A DNA stretch of 64,000 nucleotides, from NCBI GenBank assembly GCA_030390025.1, contig CM059432.1, forward strand, positions 29,638,001-29,702,000, read 5' to 3'. This document shows positions 1 to 11,997 of the stretch, piece after piece. The DNA is from Squalus acanthias. Its lineage: Eukaryota. The notes beneath the pieces are model-generated. The model ran no database searches, was not told where the DNA came from, and saw only the letters and a list, made by a program, of their open reading frames with translations. Numbering within the stretch: position 1 is the first letter of the stretch; each line of letters starts with the position of its first letter. Position numbers and translations under genes: made by a program.

Positions 1-403
1 GCCTCACAGCGCCAGAGACCCGGGTTCGAATCTGACCTCGGGTGACTGTCTGTGTGGAGTTTGCACATTCTCCCCGTGTCTGCGTGGGTTTCCTCCGGGT
101 GCTCCGGTTTCCTCCCACAGTCCAAAAATGTGTGGGTTAGGTTGATTTGGCTATGATAAATTGACCCTTAGTGTTAGGGGGGATTAAATATGTGGGGTTA
201 TGGGGATAGGATGGGATATGTTAGGGGGAATTAAATACGTGGGGTTACGGGGGTAGGGTGGGATATGTGTACTGTGGGGATTAAAGCAGGGACAGGGTAC
301 TGGATTTGGATGATCAGCCATGATCGTATTGAATGGCGGAGCAGGCTCGACGGGCCGAATGGCCTACTCCTGCTCCTAGTTTCTATGTTTCTATGTTTCT
401 ATG
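1..403 (+). mobile_element. HE1-like V-SINE (tRNA-derived head, V domain, CR1/HER1-derived 3' tail)
   Basis: B-box GGTTCGAATC, V-domain TGTGTGGAGTTTGCACATTCTCCCCGTGTCTGCGTGGGTTTCCTCCGGGTGCTCCGGTTTCCTCCCAC, CR1-type tail ending in (TATGTTTC)n; 5' end cut by window edge. Confidence 0.85.
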
Positions 404-1544
404 TAATACACAAACAAGTTGAAATGCCAAACAGGGTGCAGATGGAACCAAGTGTGCGAGCTGTGTGATTCCAGAAAAAAGAAGATTGAGAGCCTGCTGT
501 CTCCTTAGCGAATACAAGCATTTACTTGAGCAGTTCATCACTACGTTAACAACGTGCAAATGTTTCCTTTCTCCTCAATAGGCTGAAAAGGATGAAGTTT
601 ATTTTTCAAAATAAAACAAAGAAGGAAGGCCAACAGCTGTTGATGTTCAGTCACCAGTTCCTGCTGGGACTTTTTACCACTTAGGTTTCTAACAGATGTT
701 TTCTGATACAAGCCAAGTGCACCGTTGAGGCAGCCAGCTAGGGAAGGAACACAGAGTTCTTTTTAAAAAAAAATGATTTTTTAAATACCAAAGGCCACAG
801 ATGCTTTGAGATATCAAGGTGAGGGCACACTGCTCTTAAAAACTAGATTACATCCCCATGCACATCCTCCACTCCTCTAACACTGGGCTGCTCCTCGTCT
901 CTTGGTTCCTCTGTTCTGTGAAGCTGTCAAACACTGACATTCTATGTTGTTTGATGAGTTCTTGCATTCAAGACTCATCAAACCTCTTTTGTGAGCAGAA
1001 ATTAAATGGTTGTTGTATTGGAGAATGCAGCAGCCATCTGTCATCTCTGCCAGTGAGATGCGAGACTCTCCGCATCCCCAACTTTTGAAGCCTGCAGGAA
1101 GAAACAAAGGTAAGTAAACATTTTCTATCACTTTCCACTCACCTCACATACTTACCTCTCCACACTTGCACCCATCACTTACCTTCACTTACCTTCACAG
1201 CGCACTTTTGCACCCCTCCGACCCTCGCAGACCCACTACTCGCGTCGGTGACCCTGGCGGGGTTCGCAGCCTTCGGGAAGCCCGCACTTGTGTGGGTAAA
1301 ATGGGGATAATCCTCTTATCTGCCTGTTAACTACCTGTTAACAGGCAGTTAAATGGCTGTAATCCCCTTCCCGCCTCCAAGGAGATGGAACCCGGCGCGG
1401 GTCGGCTACCCACCTCCTGGCAAGATGGCACGGAGGTGGGTTGGGGACGGGATGAACAGAATATTACTTCATTTTAATTGTTTTCCCTCTTTCTTCACTG
1501 ATGGGAGTAGAAATGATCTTAGAAAGGCATCATTGGTGCTAGGT

Positions 1545-1830
1545 GGCTAAATGAATCATATAGTGTGGTACTGAACTCTGTAAGCCAGGAAATCCCAGGT
1601 TTATTGCTTGACCTGTGCTGGGTGAGCAGATCTCACCTGGGGCAGCGGATGGGGATTTACAATTGGCCTGTGCCCTTGGGCTCACAGAGGAGGAGGCTAA
1701 AATCACCCTCTTTCCCACCCCTCAGCACTATTCAGTCACTCCTTCTGAGGACAGGATTGGCCTCAGTTGTGATGACCCTCACAGTCAAATAGCCTGCTGA
1801 CATTCACTGAGTCAGCTTACCCATGAAGAA
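1545..1830 (+). mobile_element. LF-SINE-like ancient SINE; related copies at ~2050-2150(-), ~21300-21990 (split by a DeuSINE), ~30280-30545(-), ~44980-45330(+), ~61250-61640(+)
   Basis: Recurrent motif GTGGTACTGA..CCAGGAA.TCCCAGGTT..TGCTGAGTTAGCTGATCTCAGC shared between copies; family name from recalled consensus. Confidence 0.55.
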
Positions 1831-3415
1831 TGCTCACACAATTTATTGCAATTACCCTTTCTTTTAAATTCTTAATGGCTTGACGATATGGATGCTCACT
1901 TCTGTGTGCAAACCCACAAACCACTTTACGAGGATAATGGTGCCGCTTTAAAGATAAAGTACAGGGGGGACTTTAAGCTCCATCTCTCCACCACCCCACC
2001 TCTTTTCCAGAGTTGAAGGGCACTCAGGCCAATTTTAACTCCCCACCGCTACGTTAGCTGAGATCTGGTAACTCAGCAATGAACCTGGGACTTTTCTGGC
2101 TTGTAGAGTTCAGTACCACACCGTATGGTGCACTTGCCCACCTAGCTCCGGTGGGTGGGGGGGGGGGGGGAGGGGGGAGTGTCAGAAAGTTGTGTGGGAC
2201 CATTGGAATGCAGAGCTCCTGGAATGCAACAGTAATCACTCTGAAGGGAAGATGAGTTACTAATACAGAAACTCCAGAGGGCTGGTTTTTTCCAACCTCA
2301 GCGGGTCCGGGGCGGGCAACGTTGGTGGCGTGTGGGGATCTCGCATCTGTCTCGATCCCGGCCTTCAACAAGATATTCCGATGATGGGCCTTGTTAAGCC
2401 CGCCCTGCGAGGTTCCCAGCCAATTAATAGGAAGCGGGTCTGATGACATCATTTGATGATGCTTCATCAGCCGGTTTCCTTAAAGGGGCCATGCCCAAAT
2501 TTATTTTGACAGTTCTGCTGTCAGTGTTCCGCAGCATTGAAGTGCTGCAAACACTGACAAGCACTGCACAAAGGTGCACGGCTGCACCCAGGCTCTCCCA
2601 TGACTCCCTCCATCTGTTTACGGAGGGAGTGGGCAGAAGACACCTCCCCAGGACACCAATGCAGCCTGGTTGCACATTGCACATGAGGGCACAAGCAGGG
2701 ATGTCATTGGGAGGACCAGGCTGCAGTGACACAAACCTTTCAATGATCTCAGTAGATCACGAAATGTTACTGCAAAGCCACATTCAACCTCATCCTGCTG
2801 TGCCACTCATCACATCCCCATCACTCTGCCTTCCCTACCCTACTCCTGCACATCCTTACTCACACCAACTTACCTTGCACCTCCACCCATCCCTCTCTAT
2901 CTACATTATCGCTTCCACATCTCACTAGCCATCCCTCAGACTCACCTTCATCCTACTGCAAGCATACCAACTAACAACACACAAGGGTAAGCACTTGGGT
3001 GGTTTAGCCAATGTTCATGTGAAGTTTCTGGTAATGTGTTGTCAAACATTGAAATCTTTATTTTCAACACTTTGCGTTCTTGGACAGATTTATGTGCAAC
3101 TTTGAAAGTGTCTTAGTGAGCTGCAGTGAATGGTGAGACATAACGTTCCCCCGCCCCCCCCCCCCCCCACCCACCCCCCACAATGGTGATGAGTGTGAAA
3201 GGAATGGCTTGGACATTGTAGGGATGCTTTATGGTGCTGGTGTGGGGTGGCACCATATGGCAGCCAATGTGTACATTTTTAAGTGAAGCTAATCTGAACA
3301 TGGTGAGTCCATCGCTGGCATCCCAGGCAGCAATGTGCATGGGTGATGATGCCCTGTGTCGAGTGCAGCATCAGTTGATTGCAGAGAAGGTTGGTGTGGA
3401 TGTTGGTGCTGCTGG

Positions 3416-4376
3416 TGTAGGACGTGTGGAATTACCCCTCACCCCATCCAACAGGTTATAGAGTTCAGACTTGAGACTTATGAGAAATTACACCAGACAC
3501 ACCGGTTCTGCCTTTAACATGTTATTGTTCCTAAGACAGATTCAAAACCCTAACCACTATTCGGGCAGTACACCAATAATATGACGAAAGGTCATCGACC
3601 TGAAACGTTAACTCTGTTTCTCTCTTCACAGATGCTGCCTGACCTGCTGAGTATCTCCAGCATTTTCTGTTTTTACACCAATAATATTACAAGAAATCAT
3701 ACATACAGCCACCCGTAGATGATCAGTCCAGAGTTGATTGTAGGCCATTTCCTTTTGACTGCAGCTCTTTGCCTTTTGACTGCAGCTTTTCGAGTTGAAA
3801 TGATCAGCCAGGCCCCGCCTTCTGACTGTTTTCCTTGCTTTTTTCAGTAAATCAATCATTCAGAGATGGTGAGATGTTCCTTTAATGTTCGACCCAAGTT
3901 GTTTGAGCTGTCAAACTTTCACACTCACACATCCTGCGTGGTTATCCGTTAGCTGCCTTTATCAAAGCCCAAAATTGTTCATTCACGCATAAAAGTTTAC
4001 AAAAGTGGCAGTAAACCACTTGGTCACATTTCACGTGTTACGTCGCATCCTGTATTTCAGAACTCAAAAGGTTTGACTCCTCCCCTTTAGCCACCAAAAG
4101 TCATTCTACAACCTTGTGGCCTGTTTTGTTGTAGACACGAAGTCTGCAAATCTAAGGGGGTTTGTTTATCTCTGTTGTCTATGACTACCCCCTGCAGTCA
4201 CAACCATGTTTGCTGCCTTTTAGTAAAGCACATCAAAGCACATTCCATGTCCACTTATCAGTGAAAGATCGTCTGTTCATTCACCAACTTTATTTCACTT
4301 TGACAAAACCTTTTGGTCTGGCAGAGCATTTTAATATATACCAAAATTAAAAATTAAGGGTCTGTGTATACTTACA
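3416..4376. mobile_element. Solo LTR
   Basis: TGTAGG...CTTACA termini, perfect 4-bp TSD CTGG (3412-3415, 4377-4380); flanks rejoin as continuous host sequence. Confidence 0.8.
3583..3673 (+). mobile_element. Short Penelope-like 3' repeat insertion starting inside the hammerhead motif
   Basis: Matches the 3' end of the 15383-15943 element; flanked by 14-bp direct repeat TACACCAATAATAT (3569-3582, 3674-3687). Confidence 0.8.
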
Positions 4377-5229
4377 CTGGTGTGCCTGGTAATGCTGGTG
4401 TTGGGGCTGATCATTTTGGGATTCTGAACCAAGGTGAGATTTTTTCAAGGGCACCGATACTGATGGAATAGATGGCAGGTGAGGTTGAGATGACAGAAGT
4501 AATCTGTCAATGTTGAGATGTTGTTCCAAGGAGGTGACAGTGGATAGACAGATTACTCCAAACACTTCAAAAGTGAATAAAGCTCAAAAGTGGATTCTAA
4601 ATACTGAAGGCTGAAGCTTCTGAGATTGGAAACTGACCAGCTGTAAAATGGCAGGTTTTAAAGCACTTTTGCAGCTGTCACCTATTGAAGGAAATGGAGA
4701 GTTGTTCAGAACCAAACATACTTACCTGGCGTGATCCCTGAGCAACAGGAACCTCGTGGAAAACTTGGGAAAATACTTTGGAACTGGGAAAATGGGGATT
4801 TAATTACTTTAAACACCCTCCTAACAAGCACAATTGAATGACCCGTCACTTAGTGCCGTGTCTGCAAAGCGCAGGCAGAACCGGCACCAGGGAAACTCAC
4901 AAGGAGGCGGGTTCAGAGCGGGATACCGGCCCGCTGTCAATCTTTTTGATTTTGACAGTGGACCCGCCTCCAAACCCGCCCTCTGAGCACCAGCAAAATT
5001 CAGCCCTCTGTGTGTACGACAGGTCCCCTGTCCTCATGGCATGACGACTTTCATCAGGATGACTGAGGACATTTGAGGTCATTTTTAAGATATTTCCATC
5101 ACAGCTTCTCTGGTGCCTTCCTATATCATCTAATCGCTCTTCTAAATGTTCCTCTCCTGTTCCTCTGAAGTGTGGAACATGCCATCCTTAATTATGTATC
5201 CTTAATGCTTTGAATTAAAGGCTGATTTT

Positions 5230-5605
5230 TTTAATTCATTCTCGCGTTGGGTGATGCCATTTAGTTGCCCTGAGAGGTGGTTCTTTCACTAGGTCACTTC
5301 AGAGGTCAGTTAAGAGTCAACCACACTGGTGTGGGACTGAAGTCACATATAGGCCAGACCATGTAAGGACGGCAGGTTTCCTTCTATAAAGGACATTAGT
5401 GAACCTGTTGGGTTTTTATGACAATCTGATAGCTTTATGGTCACTTTTTACTGATACCATCTTTTTATTTCTAGATTTTCTTTTAAACTGAATTCAAATT
5501 CTCAAACTGCCATGGTGGGATGTGAATTAATGTTCTCTGGATTTCTAGTCCAGGTGTTTGGATTGTGTTAGTCCAGTAACATAACCATGACAGAACCATA
5601 CCCAT
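5230..5605 (-). mobile_element. tRNA-derived SINE; second copy at ~40512-40860(-), head fragment at ~33020-33230(+)
   Basis: Minus-strand head GGGTAYGG..GTTATGTTACTGGACTA..AATCC..GAGTTCAAATCCCAC; body shared between copies. Confidence 0.7.
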
Positions 5606-5619
5606 GCACCTTCTATTCT

Positions 5620-8058
5620 AACTAGGGGCTAATACATAAATATATCAATGAGCTGGACTTAGGAATTGAGGGAACAATATCAAAATTTGATAAGGGCACC
5701 AAATTGGTGAGTGTTGCAAATTATAATGAGATTTATGAAAGTCTCCAGCAAGATATAGCAGGATGGGAAAATAGGTCGCAGGTGCAGTTTAACGTCGAAA
5801 AATGTTAAGCGATACATTTTAGAACTAATAACAGGGAAAGAAATACACTATAAATGGAAAGATTTTATATGAAGTATGGAGCAGAGGAACCATCCACTTT
5901 GGACCTAAGAAAGATAGATCAGAGTACTTTCTAAATGGTAAGAAGTTATGAACTGAGGAGGAGCAGAGATTTAGAGGTCATGTACAGAAATCACTAAAAA
6001 ACTAGTGGACAGGTACAAAAAAAATAATTTAAAAGCCTAATGGAATGTTAGCCTTTATCTCAAGGGGCTGGAATACAAAAATGTGTGGAAGTTATCCTAC
6101 AGTTGTATAAAGCCCTCGTTAGACAGCGTCTGGAGTACTGCATTCAGTTCTGGGCCGCGTACCTCAGGGAGGATATATTGGCATTGGAAGAGGTGCAGCG
6201 CAGATTCACCAGAATGATCCCGGGGCTAAAAAGGTTAAATCATGAGGAGAGGTTGCATAAACTCAGCTTGTATTCCCTTGACTATAGAGGAATAGGGGGT
6301 GATCTAATTGAGGTGTTTAAGATGATTAAAGGATTTGCTAGGGTAAATATAGAGAAACTATTTCCTCTGGTGGGGGAGTCCAGAACAAGGGGGCATAACC
6401 TTAAAATTAGAGCTAGGCCGTTAAGGGGTGATGTCAAGAAGCACTTCTTCACACAAAGGGCAATGGAAATCTGGAACTCTCGCTCCCAAAAAGCTGTTGA
6501 GGCTAGGTCAATTCAAAATTTAAAAACTGAGATTTTTGTTAGACAAGGGTAATGCAGTAGACGCATATTTAGATTTCCAAAAGGCCTTCGCTAAGGTACC
6601 ACATAGTAGACTCATGACTAAGCAAGCTAGCTACAAAACAGAAAATGGGGGGGGGGGAAATTTGGTTGCTTCGCGCCTCCCGTTACTTCCCTATGAGGGA
6701 GCTAATGGGTCACAAAGCAAGTAACGCCCGGGCGCAGCGATGTTTGCGCTGCTCGCGAAATTGACCAGACATTAGCGGCGGCGCTAAACACTACCGCCAC
6801 AATCTCCTGTACCCGCAGATCGTGACGTCAGTCGAGCGTGCAACACCCCGGTAGCGCCCCGGACCGGATATTGAGTGGCGCCCCCTGCCTTACCGCCCAC
6901 CGCTAGCAACGACAGGTTGAGTGGAATGTTTTGCAGTCGGGAAGGGACTGGGGGAGCGCTATTTAAAGGCGACCACTTCCTGACTTTTTTTGTCGGCGAC
7001 ATTTTTGCACCACGCATTCTGAGAGAGAGAGAGAGACTTCTGGAGAGATTCAACGCTGTGTGAAGGAGTTTTGGGTACTGAGCTGCACATTGCAGGTTCA
7101 TTTTGATTTGTCCTTCCTTGCATTGATTTAGAAGAGACTTTGGGGGGCTGCACTCTGAGCTCTTTCCCTGTGCCTCTCCATTGTTCTTTCCAGCAGAATT
7201 GATGTACAGGTCTCTCCAGGCCGAGATTCAAGGCTGCAATGAGCAGGGTGTGGATGGAGAGCAAGATCAACCCTTCCCTTTAAGAAGTGTCCGGCGCCAG
7301 TGTGTCTGTGTTCCATTGCTGACTGACATCACATGAGCTTCGCCAACGCTCTGAGTTAGCGCCTCGTTCCTCAGCGTTAGCACCTTAAGAGAGGTGTGTA
7401 GCGCCTGATTTAGCGCTCCAATCACCTCCAGGGGCGATAGAAGCCAAGTTTGCAGTCGGAAGTGATAATTAACACCAGGTGCTAAACTTTGCGCCCGGCC
7501 GATAATTGCGCCCCAAACGGGGCAATACCGAATTTCTCCCCCAGAGAGTAGGGGGTTAAAGGTCGTTACTCAGACTGGCAAAAGGTGGGAAGTGGTGTTC
7601 CACAAGGATTGGTGCTGGGACCACTGCTGTTCACCATTTACAGAAACATTTTGGACTTGGGAATTGGAAGTACAATTTCAAAATTTGCAGATGACACCAA
7701 ATTGGTGGTGGTGGGGTGGGGGGGTGCGTAGTTAAAACAGAGGAAAACTGCCACAAAATACTGCAAGATATTAATGAACTTGCAGAGTGGGTGTGTAATT
7801 GGCAAATGAACTTCAATATAGGTAAGTGTGAGGTGGTACATTTTGGTAGGAAGAATAAGGAGGCCACATACTACTTGGAAAATAAGTCGCTAAATGGAAT
7901 AGAGGAGCAGAGGGATCAGGGGTACAGATACACAAATCACTAAAAGTAGATTAATAAGACCATAAAATAAGCAAGCAAAACACTGGGGTTCATTTCTAGA
8001 GGGATAGAATTGAAAAGCAGAGAAGTTATGTTAAACTTATATAGAACCTTGGTTAGAC
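5620..8058 (+). mobile_element. Cluster of CR1 LINE ORF2/RT fragments; one is split by the Harbinger derivative at ~6650-7542
   Basis: Motifs LYKALVRxxLEYCIQFW, YLDFQKAF, SKFADDTK, FFTQR in the translated ORFs. Confidence 0.85.
6650..7542. mobile_element. Non-autonomous Harbinger deletion derivative (MITE-like) of the 47930-51551 element, in inverted orientation
   Basis: TIRs GGGGGAAATTTGGT / ACCGAATTTCTCCCCC. Colinear with both ends of the large element, with an internal junction at ~7153. Left end lies within a G-run, so it is approximate. Confidence 0.9.
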
Positions 8059-8600
8059 CAGGGGTTCTCAACTTTTTTGCTCCTGCGGCCCCCCTCCGAT
8101 GTTATAAAAATTCTGTGGCCCCTCTGTAACACAAGTATTTTTTCTGTATAAAATTAGTTATTAGTTATTAATAGAACTATTACACCTTACGTAAAAATAC
8201 GGGGTGGGGAGGGGGGGCCCGAAGAGAGGTCGCTCAGGGTTACTGCGGCCTGGGAGTAGGCTGCGACCCTGAACCGGGACAATTTCAAAAATAAAGCTGT
8301 CGGAACGGCTGGTATATGTCTGCTGCAGATGTGCTTCCCTTTTGTGTCTCGGAGCCGGCCTAACGGCTGTCTGCGGTTCTCTCCCACTCTGGCACTGTGA
8401 ACCAGTTTTCAAAAACCTGCCAAATCCGCCGCTCAACATTGGCTGGTGGGGGCGCTGGTGCGTGTGCGCACTGGACGCTCCCCCTCCGTCGAGTCATGGC
8501 TGCTCCTCTCGACGACTCTTAGTTTTACCGAAGAGTCTTTCCTCCCCAAAACAGCTAAGTATTTACTATATGTAGATACAATCCTCTTGACAAATTAATC
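8059..8600. mobile_element. One end of a hAT (Charlie-like) transposon
   Basis: Terminus CAGGGGTTCTCAACTTTTT preceded by GGTTAGAC, resembling the NTCTAGAN target; truncates the CR1; other TIR not found and right boundary uncertain. Confidence 0.5.
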
Positions 8601-9434
8601 CAATGACAGAGTAAACTGCAAAAAATTCTATGTTACATAGGTTGCACAAAAAAACCTTGCATCAGATCGGCACCAATCACCCAGTCTTTAAACGCTGCAA
8701 GTGGAAGGCAGTAATTGGCAAATGTGAGTAGTCAGTTCCTTTTCAAATATTTATAAAATTACATTTTATGGTCAGTGACGTAAGAAAACTACTAGGCACT
8801 TGGTCTAAGCGTTAAACAAAGCTTTAATCAACTGTTTTTCGACATGGAGATCTAGTTGTGTCCTTCACTAGTTCCTGTTGAGGAATGTCCTAAGCAAGCT
8901 GGGCCCATGCCCGAGTCTTTATACTCTCCCTGGATAGCGCCACCAGCAGGCCGCCCAGTATTACTTCATACATGAATGACAAGATTCATGTCAGTCAGTT
9001 TAAGTTTTAAATATTATGATGTAAACCTATAAATGAGACACACTCAGAATCACTAGGATATTCATCCTACTACTCTGATTACTACCACATATAATGCTAG
9101 TTCTATTACTGCAGGAGATTTTAAAATGTATCATTGTAGGAATACATTTTTAAAAATATTATTTTCCAATATTACTAATTACATATACAATACTGTCTAG
9201 ATAGCAAAATGAATGGTTTGCTCCACTCCCGGAACCCAGAGTACGATGGCAGGGGGAGTTCTCATCACCGTCTTAGACATGGGAGTGGATCCCGGAGCAC
9301 AACGACTCCAGGTAATGGTGCGTGATTGTAGTTCAGGCCTTGCGAAGCCTCGGGCTCCCGTATTCATCACACTAAAAAGAGAACACCTCTCGCGTCGGAG
9401 GCCTTGCAGACTCGAGCCACGTAGACTTTCAGTA

Positions 9435-9933
9435 GGAACATAGGAACAGGAATAGGCCATTCAGCCCCTCGAGCCTGTTCCACCATTCAATGAGATCATG
9501 TCTGATCTGCGACCTAACTCCATATACCCACCTTTGGCCCATATCCCTTAATGCCTTTGGTTAACAAAAAGCTATCAATCTCAGATTTAAAATTAACAAT
9601 TGATCTAGCATCGATTGCCATTTGCAGCAGAGAGTTCCAAACTTGTACCACCCTTTGTGTGTAGAAGTGTTCCCTAACTTCACTCCTGAGAGGTCTGGCT
9701 CTAATTTTTAGACTACGCCCCCTAGTCCTGGAATCCCCAACCAGCGGAAATAGTTTCTCTCTATCTACCCTATCAGTTCCCCTTAATATCTTGAAAACTT
9801 CAATCAGATCACCCCTTAACCTTCTAAATTCTAGTGAATACAACCCTAATTTTTGTAATCTCTCCTCGTAATTTAACCCCTGGAGTCTGGGTATCATTCT
9901 GGTAAACCTATGCTGCACTCCCTCCAAGGCCAA
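9435..9933 (-). mobile_element. CR1 LINE 3' fragment
   Basis: ORF 9514-9933 (ALEGVQHRFTRMIP...FYTQRVV), 3' UTR hairpin and TATGTTCC tail. Confidence 0.9.
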
Positions 9934-10656
9934 CCACTTTTCCCATTTTTTTTGGTGTGGAAGGCAATTCAGCTTTAAGAGCTGGAGACTCCCATTTGGG
10001 AATTCTTTTTAATGTTATTTTTTTTTCCAGAAAGCAGTTGAACTGTAAGGGCTAAAAATTGCATATTTTTACATCATGTTTTATTTGATTCATTTCAGAA
10101 GGTACTGCCCCTTTAAGAAAACGACAATGTTTTCTGAAATCACAGCCTTACTTTCAGAGAGACTGTCTAGCAGCAACGATGCTTGTGCCACGCTACATTG
10201 GAGCCTCCTGCTGGGACCAACATCACCAGAACGGCGTTCCACGGTGAGTTAGGCGCTGGGCTAATGCTAATTAGTACTCAGCGCCAATTTTTCGGTCCTG
10301 CCAGCGCCACCATTTTCGGCGGCCGTTAACACCCGGCTGCGGTGACACTGGCAGCTTTTGTGGCGGTCACCAATTACTAGGCCAGAGACTTTAGCTGATA
10401 GACATTTGGCTACAAGCTTTCTTTCTCCCAGCCTCACGGATATCTCAGCTGTCCTCCATGGCTATGTTAGAGTGTGGGGAGTGATTTCTCTGAGGACTTT
10501 ATGGCAGCTAATTGGATGAGATAATACTTTGAAACATACGGATTCTCACATAGCCAAAGTGCAAGAAAGGTATAAAAAGAGGGGTGATAGAATAGATACC
10601 TCAGAATTCGAAAAGGCTTGGCCATCCGATTCGTTCTAATGTGTGAATTCTCCGGT

Positions 10657-11477
10657 ACATAGGAACATAGCAACAGGAGTAGGGCATTCAGCCCCTCGAG
10701 CCCGTTCCACCATTCAATGAGATCATGGCTGATCTGCGACCTAACTCCATATACCCGACTTTGGCCCATACCCCTTAATACTTTTGGTATTAACCAGTGG
10801 AAATAGTTTCTCTCTATCTACCCTAGCAGTTCCCCCTAATATCTTGAAAAGTTCAATCAAATCACCCCTTAACCTTCGAAATTCCAGGGAATACAAACCT
10901 AATTTGTGTAATCTCTCCTCGTAGTTTAACCCTTGAAGTCTGGGTATCATTCTGGTAAACCTACGCTGCACTCCCTCCAAGGCCAATATATCCTTCCTAA
11001 GGTGTGGTGCCCAGAACTGCTCATAGTACTCCGGGTGTGGTCTAACCAGGGCTTTGTATAGCTGTAGCATAACTTCTACCCCCTTGTATTCTAGTCCTCT
11101 AGATATAAAGGCCAGCATTCCATTAGCCTTTTTGATTATTTTCTGTACCTGCTCATGACATTTTAATGATCTATATACCTGGACCCCCAAGTCTCTTTGG
11201 ACATCCACTGTTTTTAGTTTTCACCATTTAGAAAGTACCCTGTTCCATCCTTTTTAGGTCCAAAGTGGATGACCTCACATTTGCTTACAATGAACTCCAT
11301 TTGCCAGAGTTTTGCCCATTCACTTAATCTGTCAATATCCCTTTGTAATTTTATGCTTTCATCTACACTGCCTACAATGTCGCATATCTTTGTGCCATCG
11401 GCAAATTTGGATATAAGACTTTCTATGCCATCATCTAAGTCGTTAATAAATATTGTGAATAGTTGAGGCCCCAACAC
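10657..11477 (-). mobile_element. CR1 LINE 3' fragment, same subfamily as 9435-9933, with ~200-bp internal deletion
   Basis: LGPQLFTIFINDL...SKFAD, QRDLGV, LYKALVRP motifs. Confidence 0.9.
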
Positions 11478-11997
11478 AGTAAAAATGTAATCAATCGATC
11501 AATCGTTTCGTTCATTTAATGATGGAGGATTTTATTATTTTACACAACATTTTGTGTATTTAAGATAGTTTCTGACTATTAGCTGAATTTATGTTTATAC
11601 AATGGTTATGTTTATGCAATGTTCCCTCTAATTTTTTATTCGTACGCTCCTCCGGCGGCACGAGCTGGTGAGCGGCCTGTGCGGGACCTCGCGATTGGTG
11701 CACGACCGCGCAGCTCACCAAATCTTGTTAAGTGGCCCTCCAGCCCAAATAATTGTCCGCCAAGAAGGGTGGGAGGAGGCTCAGATGGAGCATAAACACC
11801 GGCATGGACCTGTTGGGACCAATAGCCTATTTTTGTGCTATAAATGCTATGTAAGACAAGGGTATTAAGGGATTTGGAACCAAGGCTGGTAAATGGAGTT
11901 AAGATAAAGATCAGCCATCATCTAATTGAATGGCGGAGCAGGCTCGAGTGGCTTAATAGCCTACTCATGTTCTTATGTTCCTTTGTAACCTTGATGA

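Larger units (their letters stand above)
2279..5006 (+). mobile_element. Non-autonomous PIF/Harbinger derivative with decayed Myb/SANT exon, interrupted by a solo LTR
   Basis: Inverted termini GGGCTGGTTTT / AAAATTCAGCCC. Residual Myb exon at ~2580-2765 (AAPRLSHDSLHLFTEGV...AWLHIA...FNDL) is homologous to 26826-27063. Right subterminal sequence is shared with 29490-29536. Confidence 0.7.

Noticed and set aside
560..830. Possible host exon after acceptor TTTCCTTTCTCCTCAATAG
   Set aside because: Frames close quickly, no recognisable protein, and no convincing paired donor
4718..4730. ATACTTACCTGGC, identical to the U1 snRNA 5' end
   Set aside because: Similarity stops after 13 nt; it is the reverse complement of a splice-donor consensus within a TE
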